Assembly: GCA_044892525.1 (NCBI GenBank)
Contig: CM097885.1
Coordinates: 85,250,001 to 85,314,000 of the forward strand
Direction: 5' to 3'
Length of the DNA stretch: 64,000 bases
Origin: Schmidtea polychroa
Taxonomy: Eukaryota
The translations under genes were made by a program, and so were the position numbers. The notes under the pieces are model-generated. The model worked only from the letters and a program-made list of their open reading frames with translations, was not told where the DNA came from and did not search any database. The stretch's first letter is position 1. Every line of letters starts with the position of its first letter. Below, one piece after another: positions 15,101-29,600 of the stretch.

Positions 15101-18100
15101 TTATTTAGTCGTATTAAGCTAATAAGTGAAATTTAACAAATAAAAATTGCATTGTCATTGTTTTATTTAACCCTGACTTGGTTTCCATAGACTTTTATCG
15201 TTTAGTTACTTGAAGTAACATATCAAGAATTGTAAAATTTAAAGTTTCTTTCAAAATTTGTTAGAATCAGAAATAATCAATTCATTTGTTGATAAAATGC
15301 GAATTACATATATCTTTCTTCAAATTAATGTATAAATTATATATAAATTATTAATATTTCTATGTTTCAGGTGATAGTCGTGCAAGTCAAGAATTTGAAG
15401 CAACTTTCTGGAAATAAAATAGTTTATTGTACAATGGAAATTGATGGGGGTGAAAAATTGCAAACTGATCAAGCAGAAGCTTCAAAACNNNNNNNNNNNN
15501 NNNNNNNNNNNNNNNNNNNNNNNNNNNNNNNNNNNNNNNNNNNNNNNNNNNNNNNNNNNNNNNNNNNNNNNNNNNNNNNNNNNNNNNNNNNNNNNNNNNN
15601 NNNNNNNNNNNNNNNNNNNNNNNNNNNNNNNNNNNNNNNNNNNNNNNNNNNNNNNNNNNNNNNNNNNNNNNNNNNNNNACTCAAGGAGATTTCCAGACAA
15701 ATCAACCGTTACCCACAGTGAAAGTAAAACTATTTACAGAAAGCACTTCAATATTATCTCTGGATCATAAAGAATTGGGACGAGTAAGATAAAATATTAT
15801 TGAATTTATTCTGATAAAATTTGTTTTCTGAATGTTATTTTTTAATTATTGCCGAAAAAATTGTCCAAGAAAAATAATTGTTATTTGTTTGATAAATATT
15901 AATTTGTGAATGCCTTGATGTAACAATTCGATAATAATCTGATGAATAGAATTACAAATAATAAATTTTGTTTCACTTGAAAATAATCACTTTAAAAATT
16001 TATATTAAATTTGAAATTTTTTTCTTCGAACTAGAATTTCATCATTTTATTGAAATTTAATTCCTCTGTGGTTAAAGTTCATAGAAAACTGATATTTANN
16101 NNNNNNNNNNNNNNNNNNNNNNNNNNNNNNNNNNNNNNNNNNNNNNNNNNNNNNNNNNNNNNNNNNNNNNNNNNNNNNNNNNNNNNNNNNNNNNNNNNNN
16201 NNNNNNNNNNNNNNNNNNNNNNNNNNNNNNNNNNNNNNNNNNNNNNNNNNNNNNNNNNNNNNNNNNNNNNTGATACCCAGTGCAAATCCAAATAGTAGAC
16301 TAGTTTCGGGCTTTTGGCTCTCATCAGTACTATGCAGGAGACGCGAAGATTTCTCTTCGCGTCAGGTAAGTATACAATATTGCTGATTCAACTCTTGAAT
16401 ATTTTACCTAATATTACCTAATATATTTTTAATAATAATAACAAGAAAAAGAAGAAGAAGAAAAGATAAAGCTCTGTATTAGAAATAAATGTCAAACACG
16501 AATTATCTTTAAAAACAGCTTTTTAATGTAGTCAAAATTGCACAAGTAACCCTTTATGTGCAGCTGGTTACTTTTGAATTTCTTTTGGATTTCTGGTAAT
16601 AACTGTAGTAAGATTAAATAACAATACGTCAAAAAGATCTATTGGGATAAATACAAAACGCAAAAACTGTTCAAACAAAACAACCTTTGAAATCACAACC
16701 TTTTCCTTTTCACATGTAATATTTTTCTTAAAACGCAACCAAATTTCTAGTTTAATAATAAAAAAAAATTTAACTGTACTAAAATATAATAATTAATAAA
16801 TAATTAAACTCTCTTCAATTTTAATGTTGAATTCATTATAAATTGTATTCAGAAATTATGTATTTTTGTTGTTTCTTCTTTTTGTTCAATTAATTATATT
16901 TTTGTATTAAAAACTAAATATTAAAAATTTAAATTTCAAAATACAATGAATGCAACACAATTCACTTAGAACATTTTTGTTAAACTTGATTCAGAAAAGT
17001 TGCATTCTTTGAACATTTACTGTATTAACCAATGATATAATCTGACGACCAAGAACATCAAGATAATCAATTAAACATGTAACATTCACACATATTAATT
17101 AAAAATGTTATTATTATTATAGAAGTTGAAATATTATATAATTAATATACAATATTTTAATTAATTAATTAATTAAGCTAAGTAACATTCCTCATTTAAT
17201 TTATTCCTTACAGTGGGTATACATTTATATCCGCGCGCCCACAACCGCGCCGTTAATAACCGCGCTGTTAATAACCGCGCTGTTAAAAAACGCGCGCAAA
17301 CAATACCGCGACCTTGAAAATCGCGACCTTGAGCAGAAAGATTACATAACAACAAAATACATACAACTAAAATACTTACAATCTCAATCATAGTGATTTA
17401 ACTATTTTAATATATTATTATTATTAATAGTTTTGCTTAAATAATGTTAGGTTTTATTTTGTTTCATTTTATAATAATTCTTTTTGATGATGTTTTTATA
17501 CAGTTTGGGGAGAAAAATAATTAGTCGATCGGAAAGGTTAAGAAAGACAAGTAAAAACTAAAAAGTTAGGAATTGAAAAGGTAAAAAAATAGAAAAAATG
17601 AAAATGAAAGAATAAAAAATAATTCATTTAATACATCACTATGACGCGCGGTTATGATCGACGCTATTATTAATAGCTCGCGGTTTTGAGTGCGCGTTTT
17701 TTAACGGTGCGGTATAGAGCGCGCGGCTATTAAAGTAAACCATTACAGTGAATTTTAGTTTAAAGACTTTCGAATAAATTAACTGAAAAGTATGAAATAT
17801 TATTTTGTATTTTAATGTAAAAAATTGCGGAGCTTTGGCATAAGACGATTGCGCGGGGGACTTTATATATAGGTAAAGCAGTATGGTTGTCTAAATATCG
17901 CTGATCGACAATGCAAATATAATTGTAAACTTACACAAAATGATAATTATGAATTATTAAATTAATATTATTATACATATTGAAATAGTAATTAATTATT
18001 CTATCTTGACGTATTTTCATTATTTTCTTCTGGCACAAATGTGAAGTTTCTGATATGTAATAAATTAAAACTTTATATTAGGTATTCCAAAAGACTCAGT

Positions 18101-21100
18101 AATTACACCCTTCGGACTATTTGAGTGCGTAAAAACACTTTTTGTAATATGGAACGGCAGACAATCATTTCAACGACTTATAGACCAAGTATTCACAGTC
18201 TTAGACTTCACTAGACCATACTAGACCATACTGATATTTTACGAAAACGAAAAACACATTTCATTCACTTTCAATAAATTCTCTTCGTTCAGACTACAAC
18301 CTCATCATAAATCTAGAAAATGCGAATTCTTCGCAAAAAAAGTCAAATTTCTAGAACACCATTACCATCACAAAGAGTTGCATGTTCACCCAAAGAATTC
18401 TTAACTATAAAACATAAAATTACCAAAAACTATTACTAATTTTCACAACTTATTAGGTGCTGTACACTTTTACCACCAATTTCTCCAGGGCCTGCATTAC
18501 TTTTAGCACCATTCATCGATTTGGTCAAAGGCCCAAAAATATCCGAAGAAAAGTAGATCAAAGAAACGATATTTACTCATTCGAAAGATTATGATCTCAT
18601 TAAAATTTACAAATTCAAAATTGGAATTTCAATTAATGACTGATGCACCAACCTACGCAATTTTAGTAGTTCTCCGTCAAATCTCAGACAATAAGCTAGA
18701 ACCACGAAGCCATAAAACATTTTCAATATATTTTAGAGTGGAAAAGTTTCAATATTTTCACCGACCGCAAACCACTTATTCATCGCACTACTCTTAAAAA
18801 TCTAAAATATATTTCTGATATTCATCTGATTCACGTTGCTAAAAATGTATTTTTCCAAGAATTATAATATTTTACAACTAAATTTTTAAAAGAAACTAGG
18901 GGCTCTGCCCCTGTTCGCTTCGCTTCACCAACCCCGTTACAACGTGGGGTTAGTGTTAAAGTTAATATCCAGGGTAAAAAAAAAATTAATTAAATTAAAT
19001 TAAATTAAAAATAAAAAGAAGAAATAAATAAAAAAAGAAAGAAAAAGTAAAGTTCGGATGGAGGGGACCCTTAGCTTTTTTATATATAGAGAGATATTTC
19101 CAGCTAACTCTCATACAACTGAAAGAGCCGTATCAATAATTTAATTGCAAAAGATAACAAAATATCGAATATGAATATTATTTCATTAATTTTTTTCGAT
19201 GTTCTCCGAGTATTCGATAAGAATTCCTAGAAAAAATATAGGAAGGAAATAAAATAAGAAATGGCTACTTAGATATTTATTAGTAGTTTTCTTTGCGAGA
19301 AAATATTAAAAATTCGTCCCGGATTTCTATTGCACAGTTGTCGTGGGCAAAAATCAATAGGGAAATAAATAATGGAAGCAGTATATTTTGATTGAAATTT
19401 CTGAGAAATAAAATGATAAATTTCCCATCGAAGATTCGATATCTTAGAGCTACGAAATCGATTTACAATAAGATTAAGATAATAATAAAAAATATAATCA
19501 AATGTCTGATATAAACAAGTTTTATTAAAATTACAAATAATCCATAATTCGTTTTGATTAACTATGAAGATAAAAGTTAATCCGTAAACTTCCAACCACG
19601 AATTTCGACATACTTTTTTGTACAGGACTTTTTGGGCAAAGTTTTACTGGGTACAAACAACTGTCTATAATAATATGAATTTTGCAGAGTAAAGAAAATA
19701 ATCACATTTCGATATTTATCAATGCATTGTGTGAAGATAAAAACATTTATTATCATTTTATCTGTAATATATTTTTATAAAAATATATTCCCTACATTAT
19801 TAATGCTGTAGATGTAACTATGTATTCCTAATAAAAGAGATAGTAAATCTTTGCCTTGAATTTCGACATAGAAAATGATACGATTCTTCATTATTTGATT
19901 TCAATTAACACTATTAGAACTCCGTTGCCGTTGTTTTAACGCTGATTAGTAAATATTTCAAAAATCTATCATGATAAAACAATATTTCAATACGGAATGA
20001 TTGAATAAAACCGATTCTGCGTTGCATTAATTAAAACAAATGCGTTGCGTTACAATGCCGATAATAATATGGAGAACAATTCACTGATGTATATTTGCTC
20101 TCGAAACAACAAAAGGCAAATAAAAAATAAAACCAATTCAGAATAATATTAATTATTTATTCTGTCAATCATGTAAAATTTTTCTAATAAAAATAACCCT
20201 CATCATAATTTTCCTATAAAACAATAATTATTTTAAATTTTATTTTGTTGAAATTGACTGTTAATGCTATATAGATGAATTATGAGCTTGGAATTTATTG
20301 TTTTATTGAATTATATTTTCCTCCATTAAATTTATCAATTTGTTTTAATATTTCTTTTTGATTTCTTGTGGTAAATTGATGTTTTTTTCATATTTTTTGA
20401 TTGATTTTCTTTTCTGTATATCTTTAATATCGTAATAGTAAAATTTACAAGTTTTTCTTTAGTTTAAAATTTTTAATATTTGTTCGATTACTTTTCTAGA
20501 TTTTGATCAGAATGCAAATTGCAGAGCTGTTTTTTTTACCATAGAAACAAATTTTCAATATTCTCCCGACGTATTTTTTCAATATCAAGTTTCCACTGAA
20601 TTACTTTAATAAAATATCGGTTTTCATTAAGTCATGCTTTAATACATAATCTGTAAATTTCTAAATGGTAAACCTAAAATAATGTACAAACTTTAACATG
20701 GCAGTGTAATTTATATAAATGCCTAATTTTATTAATTTCCAATCAAATTATCTATTAATGCACCATTAAAAAATCAGAGAGCTTTCGTTTTTCCGGCAAT
20801 TTTATTATTTTTAATTTGATTACTACGAAAAAGAACATTAACAAAAATGACTTGTTTCAACTAACTAACGGCAAGTTTTCTTTGCTGAAATGTAATAGGT
20901 TCTAAACTGTCTAATGCAGGGGTAGCCAAGCTCCTCGATAGCTAGAACCATTTTTCGAAATTCAAAATGTTTTGCAAGCCGGAAAAAATACGTATTCAAA
21001 AGATATGCAAAAAATAATAAAAAATATTACGTACAGTTAAATAAATTTAATTAAACATATTAAAATTATATTCGTAGCAAATTTGATACAAATTGTTTTG

Positions 21101-24100
21101 ATGAGTCATATCTTTTTTAGCTTGGACGAAAATAAAATATGTTACAACGTTGCATTTATTCTTTATATTTGAGATGAGTAATTTAAAAGACATTTTGAGA
21201 CACATACTCAACGACAATAATTCTTAAATATAATGAAAATATAAAAAGTGAATCAAGTACATTTATCAGGAGCCGGAAATAAACCTTCAAAGAGCCGCAT
21301 GCGGCTCGCGAGCTACAGGTTGGCCTCCCCTTGACTAATGGTTGTAATTATATGTGAAATCAACGTCCAAGTTTGAACATATTAACTCGGGTGAGTGGAA
21401 AAAATCCAGTTTCTTGTGCCTGAGTTAACTCATTTGAGTGCTTTAACATAATCATTATCATTTAGGAATTTTTAGAAATATTTTAGATTCTTACAGTTTT
21501 TACGAAAAATATAATTTGTTAAAGTTAACATTTTTTTTCGGATACAGATTTAAATTATCATTTTATCATTTTTTATGAAAACATCAAAACGCACGTTGTT
21601 CTTGAATCATTATTAATTGTTTGTAAGTTCAAATAAGTGCCAAACTTTTATCAATCTTAGGATTATTAAAATTATACAATAGAGAATATTAGTGTTAAAT
21701 ATGAAACAAAATATTGATTGTCTGCCTAAAAAAGAAATAAAGATTAAAGAAATGGTTAAAAATGTAAATGGTAAAGAAGTTAAAAGATTTAACAAATTAT
21801 TTATATGATATTCTACCGGATATCTAAACAATATCCTCATTACAAAATCCTACAAACAATGTTATTTTTTAAAACAAAAAATTAAATTAAATTTATAATA
21901 TATTGGAGTAATAGCGATACTTCCGTGTTATCTTACCCCCAAAAATTAAATTAAAAAAGAACACATATAATTATTATATTTTTTTTCTAAATCACAGTTA
22001 CAAACTCAGCAAATGTTTGTAAAGAGTTTGTAAATGGTCATCCAGGTGGCCAGAAAACCACAATGTCGTTGAGAATAGTGTCGAACACATCGGCACTGTT
22101 GCTTAGAACACATTTTCGACACATAAACTCACATAATCACATAATCACATAAATCACAGATAGCCTTAATAAATTCATGTTCAATAATGTTCAATAACGT
22201 CATCAATAATGTATTCTCTCATTTTTTATATTGTTATTTTAATTGTATTTTATAATTTAATTTTTGGGGGTAAGATAGCACGGAAGTACCGTAATAGCGA
22301 TAATGTCTTTCGTCTTTGGAGTTTGTAATTACAGAATTCGTAATAATCTAGATTATTTACATCCCATTACCCATATTCCTACATTCTAATTGATTATTCT
22401 AATTTTTACTATTATCTTGTTTTCATTTAATGGTGTCTAATTCATCAACGTACAGTTTCCTTTCCCAGATATTGCCAGCACAGTATTATCATTCGCAAAC
22501 CTAATGGAAAAGATAAATTGTCGCCAATATATTAAAACTAACCAACGATTAAAACAAGTGATAGACATCTTTGTCAGATATTCATAGATGAGTTTTAAAA
22601 AAAAATAATTGAAAATTCAAATCGATCAAAGAAAATTTTCCTTGAGCGCGTCATTAGAATTTGAAGAGAAATTAAAAAAAAATTGTTTTACTGAAATAAT
22701 TGTCGAGTGCCAGAATTGTCACTTCTAGCAAATTTCAAATGAAATTCCGAATTGTTATTGAATTTTAATTTATTTTTATCGTCCTAATTGTCAAATTAGC
22801 TGTTTTCATCTATCGTCCAGTTTTGTCTCAAACAAATTCAATTAAATTTGAAAGATATTCTAATTGATTTAAACAAAATATTTGTAATTCTAACCCAAAA
22901 CGGAATAAAATAAATTGAAAATGAATAATTTTATTACCAAATTTTCGGTATTTTTTGATTTTTAATTGGAATTTTCCAGTTATCGCTAATTCACAGTGAT
23001 TATGTAGATTAATGGATCATTGGTACACTGGTTTTCTGTTTAGCAGCTTCTATAACATTATCAATCACCAAGCAAATACAGTAATATTCGCTTGTTAAAG
23101 TTTTCAAAGACTTATTTATGTCTTGAATGTTTCCAGTAATTTCTGTAATAAATTTATTAGAAAAATCTAAAAAAACAACCAAAAACGGGAAATGTTTCTC
23201 GTCAATATTTGTTAGTTGTAGTTGTACAACGTGCTGCACATTTTCAATACTGTTTTCAAGCTATGAATTTGTTTATTTACATAGAATTTTTAAATTTCTC
23301 AATGTAGTTTTTGTAACCTTAGAAGGAAACACAAATTTGATGATTGTAGTGGCTATAAAAAAATATCAGCCACATCCTCCTATTCATCGCTTGATCAATT
23401 TATTATTCAAAAACCTCCCAACAACTCATACGATATCTAAAAATCACTGACTGACTTCCTTAAGGCAAACAGACTTAATAAGAGCATTTAAAAATTTAAT
23501 GAAAAGTGTGGAAACTGCTGTAGAAAATTAGGGGAATTATTGACTAATAGTTGTTAATAAAATGTTTAATTTAGTCTGTCAAATATCTTAGACAAATTTT
23601 CATTAGTTTTAGAATGATTTGATATGATCAGCAGAAAAATATGAATGGCAAGAATCCAAAGGTTTATTGATAATATTGTATTATTACAGTTTCGTTCACA
23701 TTATCTAATCTGATATTAAAATAACTGCATTTTCCTTATTCCTTCAGCAATTCATTTTATTCACAGTTAGCCCGAAGTATTCTCTACAAACTTTATAAAT
23801 TATNNNNNNNNNNNNNNNNNNNNNNNNNNNNNNNNNNNNNNNNNNNNNNNNNNNNNNNNNNNNNNNNNNNNNNNNNNNNNNNNNNNNNNNNNNNNNNNNN
23901 NNNNNNNNNNNNNNNNNNNNNNNNNNNNNNNNNNNNNNNNNNNNNNNNNNNNNNNNNNNNNNNATTATATAGCGAATGTATGTATGTCTTTCTCTTTGTC
24001 CTTTAGGTATTACTACACCATTCATTCGATCGCCATGAAACTTTTGCGAAGGTTTCTGGCATAAAATATTTTTGATAATATCGGCTTCCAGGGCCTTCCG

Positions 24101-26594
24101 GTGATAAAAATCACCAATAACTGCCATTTAAAATTCACATTTTATGATTAGTGCTGGTATTGAATCAACGTTGATCAAATTAGTTTTCATTAATCCTTTT
24201 CTGGAAATTTAGCTTTTTCAATTTTCCAATGCTTTTTAATCTTCCTTTTTACTTTCTTTTTCTCTCTTCTTATTGGATTAAATTAATAATATAAATCAAA
24301 ATAAAACTTNNNNNNNNNNNNNNNNNNNNNNNNNNNNNNNNNNNNNNNNNNNNNNNNNNNNNNNNNNNNNNNNNNNNNNNNNNNNNNNNNNNNNNNNNNN
24401 NNNNNNNNNNNNNNNNNNNNNNNNNNNNNNNNNNNNNNNNNNNNNNNNNNNNNNNNNNNNNNNNNNNNNNNNNNNNNNNNNNNNNNNNNNNNNNNNNNNN
24501 NNNNNNNNNNNNNNNNNNNNNNNNNNNNNNNNNNNNNNNNNNNNNNNNNNNNNNNNNNNNNNNNNNNNNNNNCGATAAATATCCAAAATTGACTAATTTA
24601 TTATTTAAACAAGACAGTTTCAATAATTTTCCTGAATGATTTCAGTCAAATCAACTCGTAAATTAAACTTGTAAATATTTTATGATATCGTTTATTTGTA
24701 ACCATAATTCCTTATTCAATGCGGGCGTTCATGTTGTCTCAGAATAATTAATACGGGGAAATAATATTTATTACTACTATTTTCTAGTCAGACTAAAAGC
24801 TTTAGAAAAATCATNNNNNNNNNNNNNNNNNNNNNNNNNNNNNNNNNNNNNNNNNNNNNNNNNNNNNNNNNNNNNNNNNNNNNNNNNNNNNNNNNNNNNN
24901 NNNNNNNNNNNNNNNNNNNNNNNNNNNNNNNNNNNNNNNNNNNNNNNNNNNNNNNNNNNNNNNNNNNNNNNNNNNNNNNNNNNNNNNNNNATTCTGATAA
25001 TAAAATCTGATAAATATAATCAGATTGCCCGATGAATTTATGTGGAACTGATGAATAAAATTTCAATCAACACTCATCCAGAGTCGCATAATATAAAACC
25101 TATTATTACGAAATAGAAATTTCAATTGAAAATAAAATATTATTGTTGAACTATATTTTGTTTCAATCCAATCAAGTTTCAGTATTTCAGAGACAGAAAG
25201 AAATGTAGAAAAGTGATTGAGAAACACATTTATAAAATGAATTATTAACGGGATATTTTTTCGTAATTTTATTAATTGTTCAATTATTACGCAATCATCG
25301 AAAACGTTGACCAGATCATTGTAACACAAAAACATTTAATTTTATAATATTAACTTTCTTCAATTTAAAACTTCCAATTTTCGTCAATCAAGAAATTAAT
25401 TTTATCCTCTATTAGCGTAACTATTGGGATTCAGAGTCTGCCAATTATCGAGATTTTTTCTTGTTATTCTGTATAAAATACTATTTCATAGACAATATTT
25501 TCTCCGACAAAGTTATTGATAATTTCGGAAAATATCTTTGTGAAATTTTGAAATTAAGAAAAGAGTTCCTGGACAACCATTAAGATAAAATAGAAATTTG
25601 CTAGGATATAAAATTTCAGGTAAAAGTAGATATGATATCGTCATTTTATTTTCACTTTATAAAACAGTAACAACTTTTCAACTAATTTGAAGGGTTGCAC
25701 CAATAAGTTTGGTATAAAATGTATCATGACGTAACACATCCATTATGTCAAAGTCTATGTTATGTGTAAGGAGAACAACTTTAACTACTTCACTGTATCC
25801 ACCTGAAGATCTTAATGTAGTCCGCAGAGAAAACTAAAGAGTGCACAATTTAGAATATCCTATGGTGTCAGAAGAATTTATATGAATTTGCAGATAACCT
25901 ATTCCTATTGGAAAAATTATTCTCTTTTCATTTTTTTTATTGATATTTGAAGATTCCATTCGATTTCAATATTCAAATTATTGGTATTTCCGGAAAAAAC
26001 ATTAACTTTGTGAAGAAAGATTATCCTTCTAACTCTTTTCAAAAGTAGAATATGTGATGAAGACAGCAAAAAAAACTACACTAGGCTCGTCCGATTTCAC
26101 TTCATAGAAAATTGAAAAATATAGACCGGAGGCTTCGAGTATTGTTTTTCTTTACTCGTTTATTTCATGCAAAAGTTCCATTTTTCACAGTAATTTTAAG
26201 CAAACAATAAAATCAACGAAAAAGTTATAATTCGAATTGGCATGTTTCCCTAAATAATGACAAATTACAACTAATAATAAAAATCATTAATTTTACGTTT
26301 TGAAGATAATATTTGAAATCAGAAACCAATTACTTATATATTTTTATTTTTTTAGACTTTTGACTAATGCTTTGTTTTATATTTAACATCAACTTTTGGC
26401 AATGCCTTTATTAATAATAGAGTAGTAATAAAACATATTAAAACGTATTTATTTAATTAATTAAATTTATGTGCTAAAATTTATATATAAAAGATACATA
26501 AGAATAAATAAAACGTTACACTGAAACTGCGTAGATATGTCCCAGTTAGAATATGAAAATATTCGTGACATTTGAAGCCATTTGAAGAAAAAAG

Positions 26595-26669
<75 letters not shown>

Positions 26670-29600
26670 GACAAAATTAAAGTAAGAAAAAATAAAAAAA
26701 GGCTATGTTAGGAGGTTACATTAAATATCTAAAATTAGGTTTTCAATTTCTTATATAAATGATGACCAAGGCATTATAGGTCTACTATTATTTTCCCACT
26801 TAAACCTTATTATTTAAGGGCAATTGAATTAAGGTAGCAGTTCTGNNNNNNNNNNNNNNNNNNNNNNNNNNNNNNNNNNNNNNNNNNNNNNNNNNNNNNN
26901 NNNNNNNNNNNNNNNNNNNNNNNNNNNNNNNNNNNNNNNNNNNNNNNNNNNNNNNNNNNNNNNNNNNNNNNNNNNNNNNNNNNNNNNNNNNNNNNTAATC
27001 TTCGTCATAATTATAGTTATAATGATAATAAAAATAATTATTATTGATTATTGCCCATGATTATATTGAAAATACATACAATTGCACAATTGAATCCATA
27101 TCCATCAGAAAGAGTGTTGTCTGAAATATTTATCCCCGATTGACAAATAAAATATCAACAAACTAGATATCTCAAAGGAACAATGGAAAATATTTTATTG
27201 TCAATATTAGAACGATGGAAATTATTTCATATGATGTTGATTGGATTCAGACAATAATTGAATAATATATATTTTTCATTTTTGTAAAAAATATATTGCG
27301 ATATTAGCAACAAATTATAGCAATGGGTTCATGTGGGATTGTCAAATAAATCAAAACACCCATAGGAATGACGTATGTTCTCGAACTTTGGCCACCTGCG
27401 TATATTAAAAAAAGACAAATATGATTTTAATGCACCAATTCCGTGACAGGAATTTTGCTTGAATTAATTATGAATAAAATCACCTCCAATACACCTCCAA
27501 TTTAACTACTTCTCATGCCATATTTTTTTATCTGGAATTTAGTTTGATAAATTTTTTAATTATTACAACTGACTATTATTTATAAATATTCTCTCCTAAC
27601 AATAGTAACCATTTGTCTTCAAGAATGTTTTCATTGAAGAATCCGTCAAGTTTTTTGTAAATATTATAGTTTGTTTGTTTAACGTGTTATGTATTTGTTC
27701 CATTTTATCAAGATTATTCTGTAATGAAAAGAATCCGATTGACAAATTCGTATTTAAGTACTTCAGATTTAAAAAGAATAGTTTCAAAGTAATTTAACTT
27801 TTGCATAGTTTTCGGTAGAGCTTTGTGAAAATTTCCCGTTTCATCGGTTTATGTAATCGTCCAAAGTGTCTTTTCCTGGTTCTCAAACTGTTATGAACAA
27901 TCGTTTGTACTGTTTCTGTTGCATACCAAACTTGGAATAAATTTTTTTATTATCATATAATTATTTCAAAATTATGATGTGATTGAGAAAAGCAGTAAAT
28001 AGGCAGGTGTAGAATGGCTATTCTTAACTTTAGAGTAAAAGGGGAAACCTTCATGTATTGGGTTGATTAGCAACAAGCATTTGGTAACTAATTTGCGTTT
28101 CACTGTACACAGACGTCGGTAAAGACCTATAATTTCTTCTGAATCCAATTTATTATTATAACCTTTGAAGTTCTGGTCAGATTTTATTTATTCAGAGAAT
28201 ACTAATAAAATATATTAATATTTTAAAATTTAAAATTCAGTTGTTTTATATTTATTTACTGTTTCTCTTCATGCTCGTCACTGTTGATCTTCATAAACAA
28301 AATTATATACATACAGAATGGCATACCCTATAAACACAATTTTATAATTTTATGTTTTAAAATTTTAATTAATTGAAATAATACGAAAAAGTCATTTTTA
28401 TTGAGAATTTTCAATGAAAGTTTGTATAAGTAATGAAATCGCATATCTAAAGTTTTTTGTATACAGTTAAATCTTTTTTTACACGGTCTTTTTTTACATG
28501 ATTTTGCACAAAATCATGTAAATAATTAAAAAAAATTTTTTGGAATTCGTGTTAAATCAAAAATAACGTGTAAAAAAATTTTAAATTTCTTTTGTGTTAT
28601 TTCAAAATCGTGTAAAAAAAGATTTTACTGTAATTATATCAGAAAATTATAGAAGTTTTATAGACCTTTATATAGGTAATTTTAATATATTGGAATCTTT
28701 TTGGAATTATATTGAATTTTTTGTGTATTGCTTAGTTTTTAGAGCATTGTGCCAGAGCGCAATTATGTCACCTAGGAATTTTGGAAAGTTAAAATTAAAT
28801 TAAAAATTGGAATACATTGCATTGAAAAATGAAAACCCACATGAAATGTATTATCATGATTGCATATACAGGATATATTTATTAATAATGAGTCTTTCTC
28901 TGTTATATAGATAAAATAATGCTTTTTCCCAAACAATTTGATGTGCTGAGCGGATGGTTTTTTGAAATTATTGCAGAAGCCGATTTGTCAAGATTTTGTT
29001 TGATTTTTCCACTGTTTTCATATTGAAATGTAATATTTGATACATAAATTGCCGGGAGGAAAAATATAATTTCTACCAATTCAATGTCTAATCCATTGAA
29101 TGTATTTATCCAATATGCAATAGCAATAACACAAATTTAATGATAAATAAACTCAATAGTAGCAACAGGAAATCTTATTAGAAAAAGAGTCTGAATTGTT
29201 TTTAAATTATATTTTCATTTTCTTTCCTGTATTTCTTTCATTTCACTGTGAATTATCAATCGATTTTTATGTGTTTCAGATTTTACATCATTCCCAATGA
29301 AATCGATATTTAATTTATTATTATTGAGTTTTATTTCTATTTTTAATGATTATTCCTCGACTGCTAGGCGCATTCAATAAACGCGATTCAAAATTAAATA
29401 ATTATATTTGAAACTGAACCTGATTATCAAACTTTTTCTTCGCAAATTTTATTCGTATTAATTATTAAATAATAATTACTTTTTAATAAAAATCCATTGG
29501 AAAATCATCAATTGTTGAATATATTTGAAATTTCTTTCGACTAAAAATCGACTTCAAGATTCTATTTATACACAATTTTTAAGCATAAGATGAGACCATC

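Noticed and set aside
23009-23450. Coding-like ORFs on both strands
   Set aside because: No family recognised and many stops; reading TGA as Trp did not rescue a recognisable protein.
27596-27940. Possible mariner remnant ([14 protein letters not shown]) on the minus strand
   Set aside because: Similarity is too weak and no TIRs or DD34D motifs are recognisable.
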